Virus record (IMG/VR): IMGVR_UViG_3300028797_000108
Location: 32,001 to 96,000 of that record
Direction: 5' to 3' (one strand)
DNA length: 64,000 nt
DNA from: a virus
Lineage: Duplodnaviria > Caudoviricetes
The translations under genes and the position numbers were made by a program. The stretch's first letter is position 1. Each line of letters opens with the position of its first letter. This document shows, piece by piece, positions 48,391 to 57,799 of this stretch. The notes under the pieces are model-generated. The model made no database searches. It had not been told where the DNA came from and worked only from the letters and a program-made list of their open reading frames with translations.

Positions 48391-48813
48391 ATGGCAAAAA
48401 GACAGATCAAACTTTCCGCACTCGCACAGCTTTTCGCTGACAACCTTAACGCTCACGCAAAGAACAACGGGTATGAACTGGACTATACGACCGCGGGCCA
48501 GATGGGTACCGACTACGATGAAATTCAAATTTACAACAAGGACGTTCTCGTAAGAGTCAGCGTTGGCCTGGGTCACATGGACTTCGGCGACGGCACGACC
48601 TATCCGTCCAACAACAAAGGAAAGATCGGGGTATATCCATCCTTCCGTCACGCACCTGGCGGCTGCTACTCCACGGTGCAGCTGAAGGGCAATGTTGAAC
48701 TGGACTACAGCGATCTGCGACCGGTTGACGTTGCGCCGATCCTCAAAATGTGGAAGGCGGTCGGTGAACGCTTCGCTGCGGTGAAGGCACTTATTGAGGA
48801 ACCGATCTGCTAA
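48391..48813 (+). CDS. hypothetical early protein
   Basis: GAGGT SD before ATG 48391. Confidence 0.75.
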   Translation: MAKRQIKLSALAQLFADNLNAHAKNNGYELDYTTAGQMGTDYDEIQIYNKDVLVRVSVGLGHMDFGDGTTYPSNNKGKIGVYPSFRHAPGGCYSTVQLKGNVELDYSDLRPVDVAPILKMWKAVGERFAAVKALIEEPIC

Positions 48814-48819
48814 GGAGAT

Positions 48820-49317
48820 TTGAAAATGGCTACCGATATTATTGAAATGGTAAAGCAGAACCCCGAAGTCAAATCTTGGGTCATTCACGACTCGACGGAG
48901 TTCAAAATCCGAGGGGAGCATTTTGACAACATTCGCTTGAAGCTCATGGAAGCGCTGGATGTGCCGCCTAAGAGCGTGGTTGTCTACGATATGCGCCGCG
49001 CTGAATTGGGCGACATTGACTGCCTGATTGATTTTTTCCAAGACATTCGCATGAAGACCGTTGAAGAATCTGCGGATGGCGAAGTCGGTCCGATGCCGAC
49101 CTTGATCTTGCACGGCATGAGCGGCGGTGATCTTAATGATGAAGCCATGGAACGCCTAGGTGATTACATTTCCCGTATTATGGGTAACAGCAGCGTTCCG
49201 GCTCGAGTGATGCTTTGGGTCACTAAGGCCGGCGACTCGCTCGCAAATGAAAAGAAACTGTTGCGCTATTTTGACAACATTGAAGGCGCATTTACCTGCT
49301 GTGGAGAGGTATACTAA
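48820..49317 (+). CDS. hypothetical early protein
   Basis: AAGGAG SD; operon context. Confidence 0.7.
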   Translation: MKMATDIIEMVKQNPEVKSWVIHDSTEFKIRGEHFDNIRLKLMEALDVPPKSVVVYDMRRAELGDIDCLIDFFQDIRMKTVEESADGEVGPMPTLILHGMSGGDLNDEAMERLGDYISRIMGNSSVPARVMLWVTKAGDSLANEKKLLRYFDNIEGAFTCCGEVY

Positions 49318-49871
49318 TGGCTGAAGAAAACATCTATGAACACACTTTCTCGCACCCCGACTTTCGAGATATTGAATATGGAATGAGGGTGCTTCGCAAG
49401 TTTTGCGAACTGATGGGTATTACCGAAGACTTGCTCCTTCCTGAAGGAAGCGGCTGGTGCGTCAAATTGTCTAACTTGCCGAACAAGGAGGACTGGGATT
49501 TTCTCGAGTATGAATGGAGCTATTTGTTCCAGTGCTCGCCGAACCACAGTTTGGACTATCGCTGTTTGGACCACGATCTGACCGCTGGAAAGGTCGTTGA
49601 GGACTTGCTGGTAAACAACTTCAAGCTCAGCAAAAAGTACCCCCGTGGTTTCTCGTTCTATTGGGGACGAGATGACAAGACTGGTGAATTCTGGGTCAGA
49701 GATCAGTTCACTGGAACTTATCACAACGATATGGCTGCAGAAACCGTTGCGGAAATTGCAGCAAACAGACAGAAGGCAATGGGTGCTTTCTATGGTAAAC
49801 TGGTCGCCAATTTGACTAAGTTCAGAAAGAAAATGGAACTGACTGTTGAAAAGGCATTTTACAAGGAATAA
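49317..49871 (+). CDS. hypothetical early protein
   Basis: TAATG stop/start coupling. Confidence 0.7.
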   Translation: MAEENIYEHTFSHPDFRDIEYGMRVLRKFCELMGITEDLLLPEGSGWCVKLSNLPNKEDWDFLEYEWSYLFQCSPNHSLDYRCLDHDLTAGKVVEDLLVNNFKLSKKYPRGFSFYWGRDDKTGEFWVRDQFTGTYHNDMAAETVAEIAANRQKAMGAFYGKLVANLTKFRKKMELTVEKAFYKE

Positions 49872-49873
49872 CA

Positions 49874-50428
49874 ATGTTTGACCAATTCGTGCTCGCAGAG
49901 CAAATTGAAATGGAGATGATTATGCAGAAGTTCAAAGGAATGAAGTTCGCTTGCGAAATGATGGACATTATCGCTAAGGAATTTGGCGGAGCCGATCCGA
50001 CGGTTGGCGCCTGCTCTAACAACGGAAGCAATTACATGTGCTTTTCGTTGAAGGAGAAAGACATCGGTGGTATCAGTAACTGGCTTGCTGGTATTGAACG
50101 AGGAAATGACGCTGACATGATTCGCATTTGGCCGACTCGTCAGGTGTTCGAGTACTGGGTTGTCGCCATGCCTCGCAAGCAGTTGATTGAGAACTTTATT
50201 GCTCACGGCTGCACCCTTTATAATAACAGGGAAAACCGAATCGTCAAGTGGAGCGCTGACATCAAGTTTGATGATTTCAAGACTCCTGCAGAAGCTGCAG
50301 AAAAGGTGGTGACTGAATTCCGTAATTTAGTTAGCCTCGGTGAAATCAACGACCGTCTGCACAGCAAGATTGAAAAACTCGTTGGTATTGAATTTGAAAA
50401 GATCGTGTGTCCGACAAAGAAGCAATAA
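49874..50428 (+). CDS. hypothetical early protein
   Basis: 184-aa ORF in operon. Confidence 0.7.
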   Translation: MFDQFVLAEQIEMEMIMQKFKGMKFACEMMDIIAKEFGGADPTVGACSNNGSNYMCFSLKEKDIGGISNWLAGIERGNDADMIRIWPTRQVFEYWVVAMPRKQLIENFIAHGCTLYNNRENRIVKWSADIKFDDFKTPAEAAEKVVTEFRNLVSLGEINDRLHSKIEKLVGIEFEKIVCPTKKQ

Positions 50429-50898
50429 TGAACGTTCAAGAAAGACTCCGGTTTACGGCTGACTTCATTGACGCTGCTATCCGTGAGACTAATTCAACCT
50501 GCTTTCAGCACAGAATCGTCGATCACGAGCCTGCGTATGAGCTGTTTGTAAAGGACTGTCCTCGTGCCCATAATTTATATGGGTCTGGCAATGACGCCTG
50601 CTGGATCATATTGTTAAAGCCGCATCAGGAACATTTCAGGTGCTATACAGTAGTTTCTTCTAGAGCGGATGCGATTAAGTTTTTCATCGAGAACGACCTA
50701 GAACTGCAGTATACAAAGATCTGCGACGGTAAAGATGTGATCCCATTCTCGCAATTTAAGAATGGCACGGAAGCCGGTGAATTTGCGGCAGCTAAAATAA
50801 ACGCAGTTTTTGATCTTATGGATATTGCTGAAAAACTGTCCAAAAAGGCCAAAAAACTGGCAGAAGCTGAATTTGAGAAAGTTCCGTTCTTAAAATGA
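50428..50898 (+). CDS. hypothetical early protein, likely paralog of the preceding gene
   Basis: TAATG coupling; C-terminal I.F..FK...EA.E.....N.V..........K..KL...EFEK shared with 49874-50428. Confidence 0.7.
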   Translation: MNVQERLRFTADFIDAAIRETNSTCFQHRIVDHEPAYELFVKDCPRAHNLYGSGNDACWIILLKPHQEHFRCYTVVSSRADAIKFFIENDLELQYTKICDGKDVIPFSQFKNGTEAGEFAAAKINAVFDLMDIAEKLSKKAKKLAEAEFEKVPFLK

Positions 50899-50957
50899 TG
50901 GAAACACAACTAAAGAAGACGGGTGGAAAAATAATGATTTTGACTCAATTTTGACCA

Positions 50958-50986
50958 TTGACGGCGTATTGAAAAATAATTATATT
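50958..50986 (+). promoter_or_regulatory. early promoter
   Basis: TTGACG-N17-TATATT followed by TTACTCGTAAA. Confidence 0.85.
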
Positions 50987-51043
50987 TTACTCGTAAATTG
51001 AAAACAAACTGATAACTGAAACCCCTTTAACCAAGGACAAAAC

Positions 51044-52291
51044 ATGGCTGATATTGCTACTGTGAAATCTTTGCTCCGTAAGATGAGCCCCTCCCACACC
51101 CCGATGATTCAGGGTATCCACGGTACTGGAAAGACCGAAGTTGTTCGCCAGCTTTGCGCTGAACCGGACGGCTGGAACCTTCGCTGCTGCGAACTTCAGG
51201 GTTCTCAGCTCTCTGACGTTGGTGACCTTATCGGTCTCCAGAAGATCATTGAATATGAAGAAGAAGTGGAAGTCTTCGTAGACGGCAAACCCGTGAAGAC
51301 CACGGTGAAGCGTCAGGAAACTGCGTGGATTCCGCCTTACTGGTTCCCGAAGGACGGCAAGCCGTTCTGCCTCTTCTTGGACGAAATCAACCGTGCTGCG
51401 CCGCCTATCAAGCGTGCAATGATGCAGATCGGTAACGACCATCGCCTCTTGAATTTTGAACTTCCGGAAGGCTCCCGCGTGGTTTGCGCCATCAACCCGG
51501 ACAATGAAGGTAACTACGACGTTGAAGAATTTGACGACGCCGAAAACGACCGTTACTGGAAGATCTTGTTCACCCCGACCATTCAGGAATGGATTTTCCA
51601 TGCCCGCAAGATCGGCGTTCTGGACTGTATCATTTCCTACATTGAAGCCCATGAAGAAGACCTTGACCCGTATGCAATGGCAGGCAAGGTGAAGACCAAG
51701 GGCTCCAACGACGAAGTTGACCAGCTCGGCGTTAAGCAGTCTCGCCGTTCTTGGGTTCGCCTTTCCAAGGATATGGTTCGTGCCCTTGAAATTGACCCGG
51801 ATGCTTACAGCGGTCCTAAGGGCAACGCTGAACTCCGTTTGCTCGCTGCCGGTTGGGTAGGTGAAGCGATTGCTCAGAACTTCGCTTCCTGGTACCAGCA
51901 GCACGGCGCTGGCTTGCAGCCTAACCAGATTATTGAAGCTGACCCGAGCGACAAGAAGATCTGGGCAAAGCTCAAGAAGATGGGTGAAGCTCAGTCGCTC
52001 GAAACCCTTCGCCTCGGCTCCGCAATTTGCGGCTACCTCCAGAAGGTTGAAGATAAGCTCGTAGAAAAGTCCAAGCCGACTGAATACGGTAAGCTTGTCG
52101 CCGACAACTGGTATAAGTTCCTTACCAGCATCCCGAAGGAAGTGGCTGCTCAGGTGAACATGCAGGGCGTGGAAGCTGCTCGTAAGCAGAACCAAAAGGA
52201 CCCGTCCACCTGCAAGTGGGTTGCTCGCCTCTCGGCGATAAATGAAAAGGTCTGCGACTTCTACATTGACCTCGCTGACTACGATGTGTAA
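51044..52291 (+). CDS. MoxR-like AAA+ ATPase
   Basis: Walker A GIHGTGKT, DLIGL, Walker B LFLDEINRA, VVCAINP and D.AENDR. Confidence 0.9.
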   Translation: MADIATVKSLLRKMSPSHTPMIQGIHGTGKTEVVRQLCAEPDGWNLRCCELQGSQLSDVGDLIGLQKIIEYEEEVEVFVDGKPVKTTVKRQETAWIPPYWFPKDGKPFCLFLDEINRAAPPIKRAMMQIGNDHRLLNFELPEGSRVVCAINPDNEGNYDVEEFDDAENDRYWKILFTPTIQEWIFHARKIGVLDCIISYIEAHEEDLDPYAMAGKVKTKGSNDEVDQLGVKQSRRSWVRLSKDMVRALEIDPDAYSGPKGNAELRLLAAGWVGEAIAQNFASWYQQHGAGLQPNQIIEADPSDKKIWAKLKKMGEAQSLETLRLGSAICGYLQKVEDKLVEKSKPTEYGKLVADNWYKFLTSIPKEVAAQVNMQGVEAARKQNQKDPSTCKWVARLSAINEKVCDFYIDLADYDV

Positions 52292-52332
52292 AACCCTGCG
52301 GGAGGGTAATTCCCGCAATTTCCTTGGTTGGG

Positions 52333-52360
52333 ATGGGCGGCAGCAATGCCGCCCATTTTT
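52333..52360 (+). terminator. intrinsic terminator
   Basis: ATGGGCGGCA-GCAA-TGCCGCCCAT followed by TTTT. Confidence 0.9.
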
Positions 52361-52419
52361 CGTCAATTCCGCAGATATGTAAATTTTTTGACAAAAATCA
52401 TATTTTTTCATATCAACTA

Positions 52420-52448
52420 TTGACAAAAACCGTGGAAATTGTTATTAT
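52420..52448 (+). promoter_or_regulatory. early promoter
   Basis: TTGACA-N17-TATTAT followed by TTACTCGTAAA. Confidence 0.8.
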
Positions 52449-52476
52449 TTACTCGTAAACTAAGGGATTTTGAATT

Positions 52477-54450
52477 ATGGCTGAAAAGAACTACTACCTT
52501 GATACAACTGGCATGGCTTGGGAACCCGTCCTCGCACATGCCCGCAACACTATCGCGGAAGCGATGAAAATTCTGCAGCTTGAACCGGCTGCAATGCTTT
52601 ACCTTTCAATTTGTGAAATGGTTCCCATCAATGATAAGGATGTGACGCTGCGTCTTGCGACTGCGAACGCTGGCGGTCAAATTCAGCTCCAGTATAACCC
52701 GTATTGGATTTGCCGTTTGAATGACGCATCCGAATTGGCTTTCGCATTTTTCGGCGAAAGTTTGCGCATCGCCTTGCACCACGCCACTCACCGCCGTGCT
52801 ATGCCGGCTGCGCCGCACAAGTTCGCCTCCGACTTGATTTGCTTTGAAAACCAGAAGCTCTTGTCCAAGTGGCGTTCCGATGTTAAAGAAATTTTGAAAA
52901 ACCTGCCGTCTTACAGTCAGATCGCCCCTGCCATTGAACCGATGGGCTTCAAGAAGCGCGATATGTGGCAGCTTGAAAAGATCCGCGACTACCTGCGCCG
53001 CGTGCAGGAACAAATGCAACAGAAGAAGCAGGGTCAGGGTCAACCCCAGCAGGGTCAAGGCCAGGGCCAGCAGGGCCAGAGCTCCCAAAATCAAAATGGG
53101 CAGGGCCAGCAGTCGCAGCAGGGCCAAGGACAAGGACAACAGCAACAGTCCGGTCAGGGTCAGGGTCAGCAACAGCAGGGCCAAGGACAAGGACAACAGC
53201 AACAGTCCGGTCAGGGTCAGGGTCAGCAACAGCAGGGCCAAGGACAAGGACAACAGCAACAGCAGCAAGGCCAAGGAAACGGCCAAGGCCAACAGCAGCA
53301 GGGTCAGGGCCAGAACGGTCAGCAACAGCAGGGCCAAGGACAAGGTCAGCAGCAGCAAGGCCAAGGACAGGGACAGGGCCAAGGTCAGAACGGCGAAGGC
53401 CAAGATCAAAACGGTCAGGGTCAGGGCCAGGGACAGGACGGTCAGGGTCAGGGTCAAAACGGACAAGGCTCCGGTAACGGCCAAGATCAACAGCAGGGCC
53501 AGAACGGTCAGGGACAAGGTGGCGGCCAAGGCGGCCAGCAGGGTCAAGACCAGGGTCAGGGCGATGACGGTTCTTCCTCGGGTGACCAGGGTGCCAACCA
53601 GGGTGACCGCAGCGATCCGTCCCACGGTTCCAACGGCCTTGACAGCTCGGCAGACTGCGGTGACCTTCGCGGCGACAATGCTCCGAAGAACAGCAGCAAT
53701 GATACGGGCAACGCCTTGAATGAACACTTTGCGGCTGACGAACGCCACGCTCGTAAGGCTACCCAAGAATGGGGTGAAAACACTCTTGTCCAGCAGGAAA
53801 TCCGTAGCATCACCAAGCACCTCGGTTCTAACCCTGAACTTTGGGGTTCCATGCCTGGTGAACTTCAGGAAATGATTCGCCGTGCCAACACGCCGAAGTT
53901 TGACCCGACTCCGATTATCAAGCACTGGAAGCAGACTATTCAGTCTGAAGAATACTATGATACTCGTGCCAAGGCAAACAGACGCCACGGCTTTGACAGA
54001 CCTGGCTGGCGCCACAAGATGAAGAGCTCGATGGTGGAATGCGTGGACGCTTCCGGTTCTATGAGCGACCGCGATGTTGCGGCAGGTGAAGCATTTGTGA
54101 ACCTGTTCATCAAGCACTGCGAAACTTGGTTCTGTTATTGGGACGCTGCCTGCGGTCCGATTGAACCTGTCAAGAAGAAGCGTAAGGGTGACCTCAACCT
54201 CGAGAACATGAGAGGCGGTACCGATCCCCGTTGCATCATTGACAGAATTGAAAAGGAAAGATTGCAGTTCGGCGGTATCTTGGTGTTCACTGACTGTGGC
54301 TTTGACTGGCCGCGTCCGAAGACTAAGTACCTGAACAAGATCTTCATCATCGGCACGGAAAACTGCTGTGCTCCTCCGAGCTGGTGCCGCCACTTCCTGA
54401 ACATCAAGGACATCAAGAAGTGGATGAAGGACCAGAACTTCGAGTTCTAA
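52477..54450 (+). CDS. DUF2201-type peptidase-like N-domain + Gln/Gly linker + vWA domain
   Basis: LQYNP..ELAFAFFGESLRIALHH (degenerate HExxH); MIDAS motifs VDASGSMS, GGTD and VFTD; adjacent to MoxR. Confidence 0.85.
   Translation: MAEKNYYLDTTGMAWEPVLAHARNTIAEAMKILQLEPAAMLYLSICEMVPINDKDVTLRLATANAGGQIQLQYNPYWICRLNDASELAFAFFGESLRIALHHATHRRAMPAAPHKFASDLICFENQKLLSKWRSDVKEILKNLPSYSQIAPAIEPMGFKKRDMWQLEKIRDYLRRVQEQMQQKKQGQGQPQQGQGQGQQGQSSQNQNGQGQQSQQGQGQGQQQQSGQGQGQQQQGQGQGQQQQSGQGQGQQQQGQGQGQQQQQQGQGNGQGQQQQGQGQNGQQQQGQGQGQQQQGQGQGQGQGQNGEGQDQNGQGQGQGQDGQGQGQNGQGSGNGQDQQQGQNGQGQGGGQGGQQGQDQGQGDDGSSSGDQGANQGDRSDPSHGSNGLDSSADCGDLRGDNAPKNSSNDTGNALNEHFAADERHARKATQEWGENTLVQQEIRSITKHLGSNPELWGSMPGELQEMIRRANTPKFDPTPIIKHWKQTIQSEEYYDTRAKANRRHGFDRPGWRHKMKSSMVECVDASGSMSDRDVAAGEAFVNLFIKHCETWFCYWDAACGPIEPVKKKRKGDLNLENMRGGTDPRCIIDRIEKERLQFGGILVFTDCGFDWPRPKTKYLNKIFIIGTENCCAPPSWCRHFLNIKDIKKWMKDQNFEF
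53010..53600 (+). repeat. Gln/Gly low-complexity tract including a 57-bp tandem repeat
   Basis: About 190 aa of QQQGQGQG; 57-nt unit starting at 53116, 53173 and (partial) 53230. Confidence 0.9.
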
Positions 54451-54460
54451 GGAGGGCGCC

Positions 54461-55105
54461 ATGAGCTTTACAGACGCCATCAACGAGCGCTGGGTGGAAG
54501 AAGGCTTGAAGTACCAATTCAAGACTGTCCCGAAGGAGGCTCGTGAGTCCTTCTATGTGCCAGACGATCGGAAGAACCCCTACGGAGGCGGCAAATACAT
54601 TCAGTCCGGCTTCGAGCACGTAATCTATGTGGAAGACATCCTAGGGCCTAACTGGCTTTACTACAAAGGCTTGCTACCGAAGTGGTATCAGTGGGGTCCA
54701 TGGAAGGAGAAAGGTCCTCCGGTTATCCGTTGGGTTCCCAAGGAGCACCCGCTGAACGCTGATGATAACATTCGTGCACGCGTATGGTATCTGATGTGTC
54801 CAGCGGCGTTGAACCTGACAAGTCTATCAATGGACTTCACGGATGACGGCATGATCCTCTATCAGCAGCACCGCCCGTTCCGCGAAAACACCTCTACGGA
54901 AATGCCCGTGGACCCCAAGGATGTAAAGAAGTGCCTTGACAATGTGGTGAGATCAATACGCGGTTTAGAGCGAGTGAAGGAATTTGCCGAGCCATATCTG
55001 GTGCAGATAAATGATGCAGTAACGGGTTTTCGCCAACAAATAAACAAAATAAAGATTAAAAATAGCCTAATAAACGAGCGCGAAAAACCTAAATTTAAGC
55101 AGTAA
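54461..55105 (+). CDS. hypothetical protein
   Basis: AAGGAGG SD. Confidence 0.7.
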   Translation: MSFTDAINERWVEEGLKYQFKTVPKEARESFYVPDDRKNPYGGGKYIQSGFEHVIYVEDILGPNWLYYKGLLPKWYQWGPWKEKGPPVIRWVPKEHPLNADDNIRARVWYLMCPAALNLTSLSMDFTDDGMILYQQHRPFRENTSTEMPVDPKDVKKCLDNVVRSIRGLERVKEFAEPYLVQINDAVTGFRQQINKIKIKNSLINEREKPKFKQ

Positions 55106-55175
55106 AATTACAGTTTTTGGCAGAAAACCTCGTATTTTATGTTAAAATAAGCGATTGTCCATAATTCCCCTGAAT

Positions 55176-55206
55176 ACTCTGTAAACGAAAGTTTACAGAG
55201 TTTTTT
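55176..55206 (+). terminator. intrinsic terminator
   Basis: ACTCTGTAAAC-GAAA-GTTTACAGAGT followed by T-run. Confidence 0.85.
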
Positions 55207-55227
55207 CATATATTTTTGATTTTTCCA

Positions 55228-55256
55228 TTGACGGCGCGGGTGGAATTTGTTATATT
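55228..55256 (+). promoter_or_regulatory. early promoter
   Basis: TTGACG-N17-TATATT followed by TTACTCGTAAA. Confidence 0.85.
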
Positions 55257-55283
55257 TTACTCGTAAACCAAGGGAATCTGACT

Positions 55284-55637
55284 ATGAGCAATATCGAGAA
55301 ATTTTTCAACGCCGTCACCCACGAGCTTACCCCCGCCATTTTGAACGGCTCTAGCTTCCAGATTATTGACAACTGTTTGAACATTGAAAAGAAAATGCCG
55401 AATCCGGCGCCCTACATGAGCATTCATTCCAAGTTGCTCCATGTCACCGTTGATCCCTATGCAAAGCACCGCGTCGTGATTGACGAGGTTTGGGTCGGCC
55501 GCGACGGCGAAGGCTCTATGTGGAGCGACAACATGGGCGGTCGCTATATTGACTGCACCGGCAAGAAATACAAAGACGGCGCAAAATTCGTCGCCGACAA
55601 GATCAATGAATTTTACGGAGAAATGCTCAATGGCTAA
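55284..55637 (+). CDS. hypothetical early protein
   Basis: First ORF after promoter. Confidence 0.7.
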   Translation: MSNIEKFFNAVTHELTPAILNGSSFQIIDNCLNIEKKMPNPAPYMSIHSKLLHVTVDPYAKHRVVIDEVWVGRDGEGSMWSDNMGGRYIDCTGKKYKDGAKFVADKINEFYGEMLNG

Positions 55638-55833
55638 GGCAATGATCGGCACTGTCAAGTTTGATACACTTGACTATTTGACCCGCGAAGAAATCATCGA
55701 GACCGCACAGTGGAACGACTTCGCTGCATACGTCTTTGAGGTGTTCAACTTTGACTTGACGCATTGCCCGTCTACCGCACTTTTCTCTATCACCGACATG
55801 CTCGAATGGGCTGACTCTTACAGAGGTATCTAA
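55630..55833 (+). CDS. hypothetical early protein
   Basis: ATG 55630 with GGAG SD (MAKAMIG...). Confidence 0.6.
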   Translation: MAKAMIGTVKFDTLDYLTREEIIETAQWNDFAAYVFEVFNFDLTHCPSTALFSITDMLEWADSYRGI

Positions 55834-55834
55834 C

Positions 55835-55933
55835 ATGAAGAAAATCAAATTTTACACCACCAAGGCAATGCTCGCCATCGCTTGCGTGCCCGTTGACTTC
55901 CTCGCCTTAATCGTCTGGAGTTGCTGTGGCTGA
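55835..55933 (+). CDS. small hydrophobic peptide (32 aa)
   Basis: GAGGT SD; MKKIKFYTTKAMLAIACVPVDFLALIVWSCCG fills the operon gap. Confidence 0.45.
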   Translation: MKKIKFYTTKAMLAIACVPVDFLALIVWSCCG

Positions 55934-56633
55934 TATTCGTATACATAAGCACTTCACCGACATTACGCTTGCGACCGATAACCCAGGCCGTCAGCTCTGG
56001 TGGTATGAGGTGATGACCCAGCTGGAGAAGGAGCCGTTCGCAGTCATTAAGATCGGCGTTCCGATGCCGCCACTTTGCGGTGCTTACTTCGGCGTTCGTA
56101 AGGGTATCACCACGCTCTGCCTTTCAGCGGAAGCAGCCACCTTTGAAGACAATATGATCACCTTTGCCGATGATCGGTATTTCGCCATGTTTGTCCACGA
56201 AGCGAGCCACTTCCAGCACTTCTGCGTTGACCGCGGAACATTCAAGTCGCCGTCGCTTATCAACAAGTGTCCGATTGATTTTGACAGAATGGACCAGATT
56301 GCCAGCGGGGATAATCTTGTTGACCGTGTGAGCAATTCAGAGCTCCGTGACATTGAATATGAAGCCGGCTGGCGAGCAATGTTCAGCGACAAGAAGTTCA
56401 AGCTTTTCCCGGGATCAAGGCTTTTGCTCGAAATGATGATGGGCAACCTGTTCCTGTATGACATCAAGAACCAGACCGTTGAATGGGCCACCAAGATGAG
56501 AGAACTTCTCGCAAACGGCGAAGACATTCAGGAATGGCTCGTAAAGAATTCGCTGCCCCTCTACAAGAAGTATTCTGAATGGGCAGACCCAAACCACATT
56601 ATCAAAGGAGTATTAAATGATGAAGCTGTATGA
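55926..56633 (+). CDS. putative zinc metallopeptidase-like protein
   Basis: FVHEASHFQH (HExxH) with downstream IEYEA. Confidence 0.6.
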   Translation: MADIRIHKHFTDITLATDNPGRQLWWYEVMTQLEKEPFAVIKIGVPMPPLCGAYFGVRKGITTLCLSAEAATFEDNMITFADDRYFAMFVHEASHFQHFCVDRGTFKSPSLINKCPIDFDRMDQIASGDNLVDRVSNSELRDIEYEAGWRAMFSDKKFKLFPGSRLLLEMMMGNLFLYDIKNQTVEWATKMRELLANGEDIQEWLVKNSLPLYKKYSEWADPNHIIKGVLNDEAV

Positions 56634-56892
56634 CACTTTCCAGGAAGACTGCCTTCTTGCCATCCGTAAGATCAAGGAGGCGAAGACCACCGAAGATCGG
56701 ATCAAGGCGTCACTCAACCTCGCAAAGATCAAGGTTGACTATTACGAACAGCACGCCAACGCGGACGGAATCAAGAAGAATCAGGAGTACTATGCTTCGC
56801 AGCTGAAGAATGCACTCTGGAGCTATCAGGCGGTTCTTGATGAAGCTCATGATGCCGGCGTATGTTTGGCCGGATTGACCTACGCGGCGTAA
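56620..56892 (+). CDS. hypothetical protein
   Basis: AAGGAG SD. Confidence 0.65.
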   Translation: MKLYDTFQEDCLLAIRKIKEAKTTEDRIKASLNLAKIKVDYYEQHANADGIKKNQEYYASQLKNALWSYQAVLDEAHDAGVCLAGLTYAA

Positions 56893-56901
56893 AATTTACC
56901 C

Positions 56902-56930
56902 TTGACAGATGTCGGAATAGTTGTTATATT
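56902..56930 (+). promoter_or_regulatory. early promoter
   Basis: TTGACA-N17-TATATT. Confidence 0.85.
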
Positions 56931-56954
56931 TTACCTGTAAAATTGAGGTGATTT

Positions 56955-57095
56955 ATGACAAAAGCTAAAGAATCTGAACGCCAGCGCTCCGAACGCATTC
57001 AAAACAGTAACAACGGAGCAACGCTTCGCACCCGCACGGTGCCCAATAAGAAGGGCTACAAGCGCAAAAAGAAGGTTGACGAGGAAGATCTGTAA
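56955..57095 (+). CDS. 46-aa basic peptide with ArfA-like motif
   Basis: Own promoter and GAGGTG SD; MTKAKESERQRSERIQNSNNGATLRTRTVPNKKGYKRKKKVDEEDL; below the ORF-track length cutoff. Confidence 0.65.
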   Translation: MTKAKESERQRSERIQNSNNGATLRTRTVPNKKGYKRKKKVDEEDL

Positions 57096-57127
57096 ACGAA
57101 AATTTACATTTTTTCCCATTTTAACCC

Positions 57128-57156
57128 TTGACAAGATCCGCGACAGTTGTTAAATT
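57128..57156 (+). promoter_or_regulatory. early promoter
   Basis: TTGACA-N17-TAAATT. Confidence 0.75.
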
Positions 57157-57186
57157 TTAACTGTAAAATTGAATTAGAGGTGTCTC

Positions 57187-57786
57187 ATGGCTAACTTTAC
57201 CCCGTTCCGACAGATTGACAAACTTGCACAGCGCAACTTCAAGACCGACTTCTATGGCCTTGACGGCATTTGGTTCAATAAGATCTACGGGCGCTATGTT
57301 GAGCCCTCTAAGAAGGTGCCGTCTGAAGGCTGGGAATTGACTGATCTCAAGCAGCATATTGTCTACGGGTTCCGCTATCATACCCGCATGCCGCACGCTG
57401 ACTACGAGAAGAACGCCACCCGTGTGGTTGAACTGCTCTCGCAGGCGTTCAACGCCATCAATAAGGCCAACAAGAAGGCCGCCCTCATGGCGGAAGCTGC
57501 GGGCCAGTTGAGCTTTGACGCCATCAAGGCGAAGTTCAACAAGATCGCCTATATTGAAAAGTGCTGCAAGAAGTTCCACAAGGTTCACCTCGTTGTTGAG
57601 GTAAATGATGACGGCAGCTGGCGTTATGACAACAGCTGGGAAAAGCTTGACAACAAGGAGTACTACTCCGTTGATGATGTCAAGGCAGTCGTTAACAAGC
57701 TCGTGGACAACCGCTGCGCATGGTATGATCAGCGCAAGCAGCTGATGCTTGGGATCAAGGCGAAGGCGGCTGCCGTGGAAATTTAA
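57187..57786 (+). CDS. hypothetical early protein
   Basis: GAGGTG SD; follows promoter. Confidence 0.75.
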   Translation: MANFTPFRQIDKLAQRNFKTDFYGLDGIWFNKIYGRYVEPSKKVPSEGWELTDLKQHIVYGFRYHTRMPHADYEKNATRVVELLSQAFNAINKANKKAALMAEAAGQLSFDAIKAKFNKIAYIEKCCKKFHKVHLVVEVNDDGSWRYDNSWEKLDNKEYYSVDDVKAVVNKLVDNRCAWYDQRKQLMLGIKAKAAAVEI

Positions 57787-57799
57787 TTCAAATTTACCA

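Noticed and set aside
48190-49113. 307-aa minus-strand ORF considered as the missing gp17 N-half
   Set aside because: No Walker A/B or intein block A; it is antisense to two well-supported early genes.
50987-52426. 479-aa minus-strand ORF
   Set aside because: Antisense shadow of the MoxR ATPase caused by codon bias.
53010-53600. CRISPR array or DGR-like repeat
   Set aside because: The repeats are in-frame coding low complexity with no spacers; no reverse transcriptase or cas gene is in the window.
52606-54522. 638-aa minus-strand Leu-rich ORF
   Set aside because: Antisense shadow of the Q/G-repeat vWA gene; the plus strand has the motifs, SD and promoter.
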